Shown: positions 50,401 through 63,880 of the stretch, one piece after another
Layout of the letters: each line of letters starts with the position of its first letter
Numbering within the stretch: position 1 is the stretch's first letter
Source: Tubulanus polymorphus
Taxonomy: Eukaryota > Animalia > Nemertea
Direction of reading: 5' to 3'
Assembly: GCF_964204645.1 (NCBI RefSeq)
Contig: NC_134034.1
Location: 5,120,914 to 5,184,913 of the forward strand
DNA: 64,000 bases
Notes under the pieces: generated by a model
The model's input: the letters and a program-made list of their open reading frames with translations, nothing else
Databases searched by the model: none
Told to the model about the DNA's origin: nothing
Made by a program: the position numbers and the translations under genes

Positions 50401-52380
50401 TACAGGATCCTATTTAATTTAAAACAAGAATAAAATTACTTAAAAACTTAATACTCGATTTTGGTCTGCGTCAACTTTGGATGCAATTGTCATTCAGTTG
50501 AGCGAAAGTTCCTATAAGACATCTTGGGAAAGATTGATTGGGACTCAACAAAATATAATGTTTATAATTCTAATAGATCCTGAGGAAAAATGACATTAAA
50601 CAAGTTAAAACAAGCAGAAAGAGCTGATTAACATCAGTAAACAAACTTGTTATGAACTTGGTACTATGCTATAACTTCAACGCCAAAGTTGTGAAAATGG
50701 CTTAACAAAACAAACTAAAACCTTTCGAAATTAACACTTAAAGTACTATCGTTTAAACCTGAGTAGAATTTGGTATTTTCAAATTCAATTATCTGATGAA
50801 AAAAGTCTTTGAACAATGCTCTTACCTTGATCAAAATATCTGTTGATGAACCAACGAGACTCCTTACTGGTACTCTTGTTTGTTGCTGGACTGGAGTTGA
50901 TTGATTTTCCCTTGAAGTAGATGATGGAGTCATAGGAGGGAATCTTTGTGGCTGCACTGGTGCGGAGATCAATGAATTGCTCATTGAAGGCCTGCGTTGT
51001 GGAAGTGGGGTCGGAAGAACATTCTTTTGATGCGAGTAGGATGCAGAGTTCCTTGAAGGCACTGGTGAAAAAATGTGATTCTATGTCACAAGCAGAACTA
51101 CAATATAATATTGATTTTAACCCTCTCCCTGTACTTATTTATATACACTTTGTGCTCAAGATCAATTCTGCAAAAATCATTATAAATTTTGCAGACCTTT
51201 GAATTTGATTTCGAAATCGAAAATGCATCATTAATAAACCACACTTTTTCTGACTGTGAATACACTAGCACAGGCTTATTTCTATTAGATCTAGAATTGT
51301 TAAGCTGCAAAATGATGTTTAGCTGTACCTTGACTCATTAAAGAATCAGAGTTCTCCGATTCATCATCACTCCATCTAACAGGTCTTGTTCGTCGTCGTT
51401 TTTTTGGTTGCTCATCTTCTTCATCTGACGAAACATGAGAGGTTTCCTCACTTTTGAGCATCTTGGCGTGTGCTTCGCTATATGTTGCTTCAATGATATA
51501 CAGTAAGACATTGCTTACGTTAATTGCTTTTAGATTATACAAAATGAAAAAGTCGAGTTCACTAGATGTTGAACTTCTAAAATGGTATAGTGGCAAATTA
51601 TTGTCGGTCATTTTGTTCTAGAATCACTCTAGATGCTCAGAAAATGATCACTCAGAGTATAAAGCTTCATGCCTACACCGCTCGTGGTCATGTAACAAGT
51701 ACGCCTCTGATATTTCGATATGGTAATATCGTATGGATATCGCCAGTCCCAGCCGATATGTTTTAAGCGTAGTTGACTAGTAGTTCAGTCATTTCACTAC
51801 ACGATTCAGCAACCATCCCCAGTGAAAAACACATAGTGCAGCCAATAATATACTTACTACAGTACGATATAATTTTGACTTCATATTTCGGCCATCCGTC
51901 AGGCTTAGCTTTCCTCTGACACAATTTTACTGGATTCTTTATCGGCCAATAACAATACCAGATCTAGTAAAAAAAAAAAGTACAAAATGGATGAATTGGT
52001 ATCACAAAATGTTCATGTCTTGTTGAGGATCTTTCCGACGTAAGGCAGCTGGAATTGGCGGGATGATCTTGACAACCTTAAGAAGACTTATAGACAAATA
52101 TTACTTCCATTTCAATTTTCCATTAACATATTTTCAAATGTTGAACAGTTGTTGAACAGTTAGAAGCATTTCAAACTTTCAAGCATTTGTCATTGATTCC
52201 AAGGACAATTATTGGGAGATCTGGAGGGACTGTATAAATCCATGTTTTAGCAAAAAACACTGAGTATACAATGCAGTGTGAACTTACCGCTGAATTATTA
52301 TCATCTTTTTTTTCAAGCCAAGAAACGTGACTTACTCCGACTGTATCATCCCTCGTAAAATGTACCACCACGTATTCCAT
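47477..52380 (-). CDS. EnSpm accessory protein, DUF4806-like; 8 exons, about 380 aa
   Basis: Exons 52380-52288, 51963-51858, 51487-51329, 51061-50826, 50311-50111, 49738-49579, 48785-48679 and 47557-47477 are all phase-consistent (the last exon is the least certain). Motifs YVVVHF...VSW, CYWP, PLNTQEEF.ALEEKL, TNKMWSSWSLYGKKGK, PFQPGGSKYK. Confidence 0.78.
47634..47772. mobile_element. Palindromic Harbinger-like MITE
   Basis: gggccagttgcacagtc ... gactgtgcaactggccc. A related one-sided copy ends near 56189. Confidence 0.75.
47955..48310. mobile_element. HINE family B fragment with tandem units of about 120 bp
   Basis: actaggggttcagggacaccatgcccgcttggg, then two ttcaacgcccc(c)tggtga...tgtcatgagctaca units. 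Confidence 0.65.
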
Positions 52381-52934
52381 CCTGAAAAAGGTAATGGGTC
52401 ATTTCATGTAATATCAACCAAAACAGCATTCATACACCCATAGTCTTAGATTAAATGAACTTAATTTTTTGTCTATTGGTACCTTTAGAGGTTTAGAGAT
52501 GCAAACACCCTCAAACAGCATCCTTCCAAATATTTGAGAGTATGTATTTTGATCCATAATTTTTTTTTCCAATACATTGTATGATTGGCAATCAGTCAGT
52601 TCAATTTCCTATTCCATTATCAATCACCCACTCACTCACATAGCCGCAAAGCAGCGATAATGAATATTCTGCGTCAATGTTTACGTTAAATCCTTATTAA
52701 ATTGATTTGTCTGAATCGTAGTCTGTAGCCCTGTCCTATAATTGCGGAATTCAATCGGTGCTGTCATCTATCCATAATGGTAAGAATATGCCATGATTCA
52801 TCAGTGGCGGAATAATCAGTGGAGTCAAATTTACGATATTTATGGCTCGAACAGTGATTTTATAACACTGACTCATCAAAATGGAGATGGAGTATTTGTA
52901 GATTTAAGACACCTTAAGGATAATCCATGGTCCT

Positions 52935-54903
52935 TTAAGAACTACCATGTATCAAAGTCATCAATGCAGCAGCTGTATTATCTATAGGAAACATTACTAC
53001 TCTTTTACTCAGCTTAGAGATATGAACATCCTTTAAGAATGACCTATGCCTATTTATCCTATATATCTGAACCAATCGAGAATCGCAAGGATTTTTGAAT
53101 AGAGAATCTAGCCCTATGTAAGTCTTACAGGTAATGGTGTTACTTTCACCTGACAAGCTACCAATTATCTCATAACATTTGTTATTATCTATAAAGCAAT
53201 CAGATTTTTTAAATTTCAATTCTTTATATGTGTATGCAATAGAGTTTTTATCCTCTCTTAATCGCTTAACTATCTGTGACAAGGGAAACCTAGCAGAGCG
53301 GACCATACTTTTCAACTGCTGCATATAATTTTCAAATGCAAAGCCACTGTACCCGTCAAGATGACCATGCATTCTTACATCATTACAGATATGTACGAGA
53401 CTGTGAATATTATACACAAGCATTTCAGGGCCGTATATGTTCCTGGCTTCCTTGACAAAATATATGAGCAACTGCTCGGCATAATCAATTCGTTCTTGGC
53501 TGGAGGCTGGTGTTGCTAGAATGCGAATTCCAACAGAGAGACACAAAAAGTGGCGAAACACATCATCACGTAATATATCCTTCAAAACAACAGGTCCAGT
53601 ATACAATAGGAATTGCCTCAGTTCTGTAGCTTTCCAGAATTTTACTTCCAACAAACTACGTGGCTTTCTCTGGAATATATCGGTGCGTATCGAAGGCTTT
53701 AGATGTAACAACCGGTCACTTATGGTAATGATATTTTGAGCAGATATTCTGACTTCAAGTTTTCCATACATCCAAGTTAGAAGCAGTCTCTTCATTACCC
53801 CCAAGCATATCTGATGCATATAGTCAATTGGAAACATGCCTATCATGTCAATTTCCAATACGTTTGTGATTGGAGTTTCACCACGATGATGGACAGGCTG
53901 GGTTTTTGAGCGGAATGAAAAGTCGGTTCTCAAATTCAAATTTTCCACATCTTGGTACGTGAGTCGCCCATGCCATTCTCCCCGCTGTTCGCACTTATCA
54001 CACCCAAAGTACCCTGTGTAGCTACTAACATTACAAACGAACACTTTAGCTGGCAAATCACACACAATAAATTTAAGAACAATTCTTATTATCCGTCCAT
54101 TAAGTTGTATACCCTGCCTAAGAAGGCGGATAATCTCATTTACTGTATCATCAATGAAGTCAAGATCTGCAGGTTTTGAGGTGCCACATGTCAGGGCTAC
54201 AGGAAACACAAGTGGTCGCTCAAAATTAAGTATAGCACACAGTATGGGCCACAGAGCTACTTTTGTCCTCTTAAACAGTGGTAATCCATCAATGTTTAAA
54301 GCAAACTGTATGTCACCCATTGAATTTACTACATCTTCAGGTAATCTCTTGAGAACATCGATGATACCAGACTCTAGGCCAATAAAATAATAATCCATGT
54401 TGGATTTTTTCATAGAATTTACATTTCGTTTAGTTTTCAGAAGTGCCCGCGCTGATTTGGGCAATTCTGGGTGGCTCCTCCTTAGAATCCCTAATAAAGC
54501 ATCCATAGCATTATGCTTAATTTTGTACAAATTAACCCATTCTATCAAATGAGATGATAACATTACATTGCCGTCGTCATCATCACCATCCGAAGAAGAG
54601 TCACTCAATGTTGCTTCATTTAATTCATCAATGGCTACCCACCCAATCGTCCAGGTTTCCATGCTCTACTGCTGGCACATCCAAATTAACTGCCTCATTA
54701 GAAGATTCATCAGAAAATTGAATGTCAGATTCACTAGATTCTTTTAACTGTTCAGTGGCATTATGTGTTTGGACAATTTCATTATCCTGATTATCATCAC
54801 TGCTCATTTCACTGATTGATTCTCTAAGATGCATGTCTACTGTTTTTCTCATTGTACGCCTAGCTCTCATATAGTTTCGACTGTACTTTCTCTTTCTCTC
54901 CAT
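52935..54903 (-). pseudogene. EnSpm/CACTA-type DDE transposase with a single frameshift near 54645
   Basis: Motifs NIDGLPLF, LWPIL, CDLPAK, YFGCDKC, DYMHQICLGV, WKATELR, YNIHSLVH, FAFEN in ORF 52935-54662. The basic/acidic N-terminus from ATG 54903 is in the overlapping frame. Confidence 0.88.
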
Positions 54904-56514
54904 TTTGAAATACCAGGTATTCCACTGATCGACCACAGAAGCCTACCTATCAGAATAACAAGGATGCTAATAAGACATTTGTTCACAAGCATGCCACCAT
55001 AATGCCTTCTGAATGTAGAGCCTCCATTACTTACAGGATTTGACAAGAAACAGAAAATTTTACTGGGCATGATATGTAGTAGGTTATTAAAATTAACTAC
55101 TTTAACTTATAGGCCCTAGTCAAAACTATCTCTGTTGTACCAACTTTGGTATTGAATGATAAATCAAAGTTATATGGAGGTTCAGTCATTTTGCTAAAAT
55201 ACTACATCAATTGCTCCTCTAGCAGTAGGAAAATGAATTATTTCTATTGATTTGTCAGAATTGCAGTCAAGCCCCACCCTATAATTGCAAGTCCTGTCAC
55301 TCACGCTTCGATTCATCAAAATGTTATCAGTATCAATCAAGTGCTGCCATCTATTGAACGCATCATGAAACTAGCAGGGATTCCCTTTGAATCGCGTCGA
55401 AGCAAAAAATGCCATCAAATCACTTTCATAAAACCTATTTTACGATTTTTAACAACTCTCCACGATCTTAAGATGTTTTGCAAAAAAATGCCTTGTAGTT
55501 AATGCTATATCATTCACGTGATAGTGACAAACAGTCAATGAAACAATTGGCGACCGGTAATTTTTATCAGAGAAGTACTATTTTCTGAGAGATTTATTAT
55601 ATAGGCCCTAAGGGAAAAAATATTTTAAGTTGAATGTTAAACATGGTCACCCGACCAACTTATGTTTATGTAACTGTAACCACCCATATATTTTGTTTTG
55701 GCCTAAACAGGTTTAAAAAAAATCATGGTCATTCTTACTTCCAGTTTGATGCTGTACAGACGGATTTTGCCAATTTTTTAGTAAGGATTTTGCATTCAGA
55801 AATTTTCACAATATTGCGGTTGTTTCGTTAATCCATACGATCTTCCAGCTTTGCAAACGCAAATTTTCTGATTTTACGTCAATTCACGAACTCTATGCGC
55901 GATCTCAAAATGGCGACGTCGACGTAGTTTCGAATTAGAAAATCGATCTATACGCGACCGATCGAAGCGCGCACGTGCTCATGACAATATTCGGATTTCC
56001 CCCAGACACGGTAACCATTTTGTCAAAATCACTAAAATACTCATCAGAACAGACAACTCCTGTTGCTCAAAAGTTGGTTAGAGCTAACCAGTGGATAGTT
56101 GATAGGCCTATGGTGACAATTGAAATGTCATTGTTACTATGGTATTTAACGGCCGGTTATCTTTAACCAACTTATGAGCAACTGGCCCCTGCCGAGCTGT
56201 GTCTGCAGCTGCACCGGTGTATGCCTCCCGTACGCCCGGCGTCACAGGACGACGCTCAATAAAAATCATCATCATCATCAATTGTGAAGGATCTGTGGTA
56301 GGCTCCTTCGAGCCTGTGGTTATCCTCCTCGTTGTTTCTCATTTCGTTGATAGGTTTCCCGGTTTGGGGAAAGACTTCTCTATTGGTTATTCAGTTAACG
56401 CGTTGAATTAGTAATTAAAATCAACACGATTGTTGTTAATCGTTAATTTTAGTTATTTTATAGGCCGGTCTACTCATGATTAGTAAAATGGTTTTTTAGC
56501 TCCGCTGTGACCGA

Positions 56515-57840
56515 AGGTCAGCGGAGCTGATGGGTTAGGGGGTTCGTCGTCGTCGTCCGTCCGTCCGTCCGGTGTTCGGTGTCCGGCGTCCGACTTTTTC
56601 TTTATATCCCTACTAGTCCTACAGTTATGATGGGATCTTGATGAAACTTGGTATGAATGATCTATGGGGGAGTGCCTACAAAAGTACAGAGCCATAATTT
56701 TGATTTTGCATAAATTATGCAAATTAGGGCTATTTTTAGATTTTCACTAAAATCGCTACTCCTCCATCGATTTTCAGCGGATTTCAATCAAACTTGGTAT
56801 GAATGATCTATGGGGGAGTGCCTACAAAAGTACAGAGCCATATTTTTGATTTTGCATAAATTATGCAAATTAGGGCTATTTTTAGATTTTCACTTAAATC
56901 GCTACTTCTACTTCAGTTTTCAGTAGATATCAACCAAACTTGGTACGAATGATGTATGGGGGAGTGCCTACAAAAGTATAGAGCCATACTTTTGATTTTG
57001 CATAAATTATGCAAATTAGGGCTATTTTTAGATTTTCACTTAAATTGCTACTTCTACTCCAGTTTTCAGTAGATTTCAACCAAACTTCATATGAATGATC
57101 TATTGGGGAGTGTCTACAAAAGTATAGAGCCATATTTTTGATTTTGCATAAATTATGCATATTAGGCCTTTTTTAGATTTTCCTTTCAATCGCTACTCCT
57201 CCAATTTTCAGCGGATTTCAAACTTAGTATGAATGTTTTTATAGGGGATTGTCTAAACCAGTATAGAGCCATATTCTAGATTATGCATAAATTTTGCAAA
57301 TTAGGGATAATTTTTTTAGATTTTCACTTAAATCGCTACACCTTCTTCAGTTTTTATCAAATTTGAATTAAACTTTTTATGAATGATCTATGGGATGATG
57401 CCTACATAAGTATAGAGGATGTTTTGCAAATTAGTTCTATTTATAGATTTATCTTGTTTGGATTCTTCCCCCAGGGGCGCCCCTTGGGGTGGAGTTTCTG
57501 TTTCTTCAAAACGCTACTTGTCCTACAGTTTTAATCAGATCAATTCCAAATTTGGTGTGAATGTTCTATGGACCACGGACTATGAAGAGCCATATTTTTG
57601 ATTCGTCCACCAGGGGGCACCCTGGGGGTTGAGTTTCTATTTCTATTTCTATTTCTTCAAATTATTAGTCCTACAGTTTTAATCAGATCAAGTCCAAATT
57701 TGGTATGAATGTTCGATGGACCAAAACCTACAAAGTACAGAGACCTTTTGGATTTGGCCAAAAGGGGGCATCCCTAGGTATGCAGCTTCCATTTCTTCAA
57801 ATCACACAGCGGAGCTATATAAGCCGATAGGCTCCTTGTA
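56515..57840. mobile_element. Complete HINE/Helentron-like element (family A, opposite orientation) with a different central repeat
   Basis: agctccgctgtgaccgaaggtcagcggagct hairpin, (GTCC/GTC)n tract and tandem units of about 148 bp, then subTIR cacagcggagct + palindrome agccgataggct + cttgt. Confidence 0.88.
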
Positions 57841-58234
57841 ACTCATTGATTAGTACTTTTGATTAGTAATTGGAATTTTCATAACTTTTAGGCCTACTAT
57901 AAACATTAAATTGAATTTGACGAATTGGTTAACAATGATTGATTGAATGATTACTCGAAAATTATTAGATACATTTTTTGACGAAACCCTAGCAGTTTGG
58001 TACCCAGCTGTTAATCCGGCAACACCTGTGTGATTTGTTTCAGCCTTTCCAAATCTAGGTGCACGGGGTAGTAAACCACCCCACCAGCACGCACCCTGGA
58101 TACACCATTCCAGCTAGGGTCGTCATCATAAATTAGTTGTTAGTATGAAAATCAATTTGTAACTATATACTTCACCTCAAATTTCCGTATCTAAGAAAAA
58201 CATTAAAATAAAATACGTAGTCTAGTATTAATAC

Positions 58235-60525
58235 ATTTTATCTTTCCAGAATTTATCAAGCCCTGATTTAAAACAGTCTGTGGAGGTGGCTGATACCACT
58301 TTTTCGGGGAGGGCAGTGCTTCATCTAGCATTAAAAAAGGCAGGGTGCTGATTTCAAATAAGGGCATTTTTACGCGTGATTCCATTGGAGCAAGGGTACA
58401 TAATAACGCACTCACGTCCGTTTTAGGGGCAACCTGCAATGTTCCCTATTGCATAGAATCGAGGTACCCCCTACTACAATTGAGGACTAGAAACTATGTT
58501 TAACTCTTGCCATGAGTGACATACTTGACCACAGTACATCCTTACACCTATGCCTGTCAATGAACAAAAATAATCAGATAGGGCTTTCAAAATTATTTGG
58601 AAAACCAGTTGCAGACAAAAATGGCAGAAAAAAGCAATCTCAAAAAGCAAATGATACAGCGAAAAAAGCCAGCAATAGTGTATAGGCCTACATGAAATTG
58701 CATTTTTTAATGTTAGAAATATCAAATTAATTGATTTAAATTGATAGTGTTAGTGATTGGCGAGTGACTGTTGATAATTGGTAGGCAGCCAGCTTAAGAA
58801 CACATTATTGCTATTAGGCCACTCAAACTAAATTGTCTCTGCAAGTCTCCCTGTAAGTTCACCGCAAAAAGTTTTTCACCTTGTGTATATACAATTTGTC
58901 TAATAGTCTAGATACAAAGATCCAGAGCATCACGATGTGTTCAAAACGAAACAATCCATCGAATATACACTACCAGCTTTACAACGGCAGTCGCTAGAAT
59001 GATTGGCAGTAGTTTGGAAGGCAGCCAATTTCTTGGAAACTAAAACTAGGCCACGCGTCTGAGGCACGTTTTCACACGATGCACACTGACTGCAGTACAT
59101 TTAAATATAACCACTGATCACATGAGCTACTATCGTTGATATCATACGAGATATTGCATAGCCGTCGCACGATTCTTACTAACAGTCGGGTGTGAAAGCT
59201 TATTTTGAAAGCCCTGACTGATTACTCGTGACTCGAGGGTGGACCTGCGGCAAGTGATGAGGGCACAAGGGCGAGCATGGGACACATCTGAAGGGCACAA
59301 GGGCGGCTATTTTCGGGGGCGGGGCGGACCGCCCCTCCATTTTTGGCTAGATGAAGCACTGGGAGGGTGTTCCACATGTTTACTACTCTTTGGGTAAAGA
59401 ACATCCTTCTGACTTCTTTTTTCGACCTTAATTTCTTGAGTTTCTTACTATGCCCTCTAAGTTGACGAAGGCTCACTTCAGGGGGTAACAGCTTTGAGGT
59501 GTTGACATTATAGTGCCCACTTATATAATTATATGTCATAATCATATCGCCTCTCTCTCTACGGTAAGAGAGGGTCGGCAGTTTTAGGTGTCTCAGTCTG
59601 TCTTCATACGACATATCTCTAAGGCTTTGAACCAGCTTCGTAGCCCTCCGCTGTACCTTTTCGAGTGCCTCTGTGTCAATTTTTAACCAGGGTCTCCATG
59701 CAGATATGCCGTACTCCAGTATTGGGCGTACTAAGGCCTTGTATAGTAGACAGAAAGTGCTAGGTTCCAAATAGGTGAACGCTCTTTTTATTATTCCTAG
59801 CACCTTGTTCGATTTATTTACTACGGCATTTGTTTGGTCTTTGAAGCTTAGCTTATTATCTATTAGAACCCCAAGGTCCCTTTCAATGCTACTTCCGGCG
59901 ATTCTAACGGTTTTTCCTTCTGATATCATTGTGTACTCATACGGTCTGTCATTTGCCAAAATGCATAACTATACATTTCTCTGGATGGAATTGCATTTGC
60001 CACTTTAATGCCCACTCACTTAGCATATTCAGATCTTGTCGAAGGATGTTCCCATCATTATCATCTCTAATGACCCTGAATATTTTTGTGTCGTCAGCAT
60101 ACATCTTCATTGTACTTTTGATGCCACTAGGTAGATCATTGATATATATCACAAACAGCAATGGGCCTAGAACGCTACCTTGAGGGACTCCGCTGGTTAC
60201 AGTTTTCCATCCAGATAAATCACCGTCGATACAAACAGCCTGTTTTCTAGTGGTTAGGAAGTCACTGATCCAATCTAAAATTTTTCCCCTTATTCCGTAA
60301 TTGTCTACCTTCTTGAGCAGTCTTTTATGTGCGACCTTGTCAAAGGCTTTTTTAAAGTCGAGAAATACCACATCAAATGTTTCGTTTTTGTCAAGATAAG
60401 TCGTCCAGTCATTTAGGGTTTCAACTAGCTGTGTATTGGTCGATTTACCCTTAACAAATCCATGTTGATCAGGTGAAATTATATTATTATCAAGGAGATG
60501 TAACATCACCTTGTCCCTCATGATG
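58235..60525 (-). mobile_element. 5'-truncated CR1/L2-type LINE (RT domain and C-terminus), frameshifted near 59950 and split by a MITE
   Basis: QHGF, LDFKKAFDKV, SGVPQGSVLGPLLF, YADDTK, ERDLGV, RPILEY, FFTQRVVNMWNTLP. The frame resumes left of 58314 as EKVVSATSTDCFKSGLDKFW. Confidence 0.93.
58314..59361. mobile_element. hAT-like non-autonomous element with a 6-bp TSD
   Basis: Perfect 16-bp TIR CAGTGCTTCATCTAGC; GGAGGG at 58308-58313 and 59362-59367. Confidence 0.9.
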
Positions 60526-60892
60526 CACAGACTACACCAGCAATGATGCTACTGAACTAGTCATGATGTACCATCGCCATAGAACACGTTCTGCAGGCGG
60601 CTCATCAGCACAGTCTCCAGAAGAGTCAGCTGAGTATTGTTTATAAATTACTACTACATATCAAACCAGGTTTCTTAACAAACGGCCCTAACCGTTGTAG
60701 GCCTAAGTGAAAATACAAGACTTTTGAACGTAAGATGTATATTTTAATGTTTAAAACATAATTTAACAATGATGTAAGTATAATTTAAGAAAAATCAATA
60801 CAATCCAAATTCAATAAATTATATTGATATAAATTTGAGTTAGGCCTAGGCAACAATTAGACATAGGCCTAATTTCTCGAACAAGATTGCAC

Positions 60893-63880
60893 TTAAAGGT
60901 TTGCCGAATAGATATCTTTAATTTGTTTATATTCAGATTCTTTGAAAGCCAGCTGCAGGCGTTGATTCTGTATTTCTGGAGCTGTCAAAATACCGATGAA
61001 TGATTCGACGGGATGGTCTTCAATAATTTCATGCTCAGTCCATACGAATAGATTTTTGTTCATTAGCTGCTCAAGAAAGCAAATGCGAAGGTTATCGCAT
61101 GACATCTCTTCGACCTAAATAATGGAAAAAAGTGAGGAATTTGAATTAGTTTTCTTTCTATGACTCATTGTTATGTGTTCTGTTAATTTAAAAACCTTTA
61201 TCCCTTGCTTACCCGTCCGAAATATAAATGTTTCAGTCCTTTGAGACCTTCCTGTTCAATTGCGACGTAATCGCCTATTCTAAAAAGGATATTGAGAAAA
61301 TCCAATTAATTTACTTGATCAAATTTTATGATGTAACTTGATGAAAATAACATACTCTAATGAATCTACAGATGTATTGATAAAGTTATCTTGATATATT
61401 CTTGAAGTGCTTGGTTCAACTTCGCTAACGACGACTTTCTGAAGAAAAACAGTTTAAAATGAATGTATAGTGTAGTGTAAATACATGTAAGTATCTCCCT
61501 TTTTCAATCGTACCTTTGTTTTCTTCACGACTGACTTAAGTTTTGTTTCTTCCAATCTCAAATTTTTCTTTCGTTCAACCCTAAGTTTCTTTTCATTTTT
61601 TTCTTCCTCTCGCTTTCGTTTTAATACAGCAGCTTCTAATTTACTCTTGTAGGCTTCATCACTCGATATTATGAAGTAATGATCAGACGATGACTTTCTA
61701 TTAGCTTTAGGTTTCAAAGATTCTTTTGGATATATTAGTACATCGCTGTTACTACTTGTAGGATTGGATTTGTTGAAAAATGGAAACGGATCATTCGATT
61801 TCTCCTGAAATTATTAAATGCATCAAAAACAGTCTTTTTGAATGCTCCCTAAGAAGTATTGTAAAGAGGTAAGTTTTTAACTTACTGTATCCAGTTTGTA
61901 TTTCTTCCATGTGTGGTACATGGTATCAGGTAAATTGTATCCTTCTTGCAGACGTTTATTATATTTTGTCAATTGGGCAGCTGTCAAAGATTTCTCTATT
62001 GCTGCGAGGACTAAATTTGCAGGGCACGGCCTCTGAATGCCATCTCCCTGGAAGAAGAAAATTAGAAAAACATTATATACAATGGTGATTGGGCGAAAAA
62101 AAGGCTTTAAGAACGTAGATTATACCTCTTCTGCTTGTAGAACTGGTACGCTTTTTCAATTTCAGTTTCGTCGCGGTCTTCTTCGTTTTCCTTATTCTGT
62201 TTGTTAGGTGAATTATCCTAATTGTATTAAACATTTTAACTTTTGAGAATTTAGAATTATTTAGGGGCAAACATATCAATATCACGAACTAACCTCATCG
62301 ATGGGTATAGCATTGGCAATAAATGCCTCTTCAGGTAGTGATAAACAATTGTAGGGGTAAAGGCCTGTTGCACGAAACCCACTCACAATATTACTTGGAG
62401 TAACAGAAGCAACCCATGCTTTGTTAAATAATCCAAAAAAATTTGCATGGCCGTCAATTACTCCAGGGTTATTTGACATAAGATCGGCACAGATCGTGTT
62501 CCATGATATTTGAGTGGTCCGTACACAGATCTAGATATGAAATGAAAAAATTTAAAAAGGTCAATCCATTATTTATCATTGAATTCAAAATAGTATATTA
62601 CATTTACTAATATTTATTGAATATTAGAACCGACCTGTCTAATGGTTGCATATACTTGCTCGAATGAGCGGGCATTTCCACAAGTATAACGCCATTCTCT
62701 CTTGCATTCTCGATCAATTCCACAAAATTGTGGGAATTGTGACCATCGACAACTAGTATGTGTGGTCTTTCTTCACCAAGATTGCTAAGAAAAACTTCTC
62801 GAAACCATAATTCCGCTATACCCTAGATGATATTTAGGTATGTGAATTTAGGTCTATTTAGAAAAGTTGATTGATATTTCATCAATACTGATAGGTCTAT
62901 TTTTATTTGCCATAGGACATACCTGTTTCGTCCATCCAGTTTCTGAGACGCTTATTTTGCTTTGCCTGGGTGCATTTTGCAAATCATAGCCCATTAAGGA
63001 TGCTCTCGTTTTTCCTTTGCAGATAAAATGCGGTGGCAGGTGTTGCCCAGCCGCATTAACGCATCCGATAATTGTTATCATTTCTTTATTTCCACTTGTG
63101 CGGGTTGGAATGGTTTTCGATCCTTTCCTGTTCATTTCAATGTAAGTACATGTATAGGTTTTATTATTTAATAGCCTAGAAGTAGCAACTTCGAAAGGTC
63201 ATCGCAGGTATAAGATGTATTTAAACTTATTAGAAATTAATTCAATTATACAACGTTTGTACGAATCAAGTTTTTCTTTCATTTACATAATTCTTTCGAT
63301 GTCAACTATCTGGTATATGGAATTATTACCTGGCGACAACGAGTGGAGGACGAAAATCGAGTTGGATTCCAGTTTCATCCATATTCCATATTCTCCATGG
63401 TTCATCATGTAGATTGTTATCATCAAGAACAGTTTTGTATACCGCATAGAATTTTGCAAGTTTTTCAGGTGAAATGGCCTTGACTCTGAACTGTTATGTA
63501 GCATCTGGTTTACGGAGCGACAATTCAGGATGCCTCTTTTTCATGCCCTGCCACCAGCAATCGCTGGGCATTCCACCAGCGAACGGTGTCCCACTTTTAA
63601 TTGCAAGGTTTGTGGCGTAACGCAAAAAATTCGATTTGTTGAAACCTATTCCCATTGCAGCTCTATTGCAAGCATAATCGACCAATTCTTTTTCCAGATC
63701 CTTATTCAGGTAAGTTTTTCGACCTGCTGTACTGAATGGCTCCGTTCTTTTATGAACAACATCTTGAATCGTTGATCGTGGGACACCATACATTTTGCTG
63801 GCTGTTCGTATTGCCATTCCATTCCGGATGGCATCCAACGCATTTTGCTTCTGTGCGGCGGTGTATCGCACATAACTCAT
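60893..63880 (-). pseudogene. Intron-containing pogo/Tigger-family transposase (HTH-psq, CENP-B HTH, DDE_1), inactivated
   Basis: Exons include 63880-63330, 63127-62923, 62822-62635 and 62530-62294, with further small exons to about 60893. Motifs YGVPRSTI, IWNMDETG, GWTK, DGHNSH, MQPLD, IVSGFRATGLYP. In-frame TAA at 63494-63496 and a frameshift near 62510. Confidence 0.88.

Larger units (their letters stand above)
46910..55100 (-). mobile_element. EnSpm/CACTA (CMC)-type DNA transposon, two-gene; only one terminus located
   Basis: Terminus CCCAGGTAGCA at 46910 with AACGTT subterminal repeats to about 47140. Transposase and accessory gene lie in the same orientation. The matching TIR was not found, so the right boundary is approximate. 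Confidence 0.78.
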
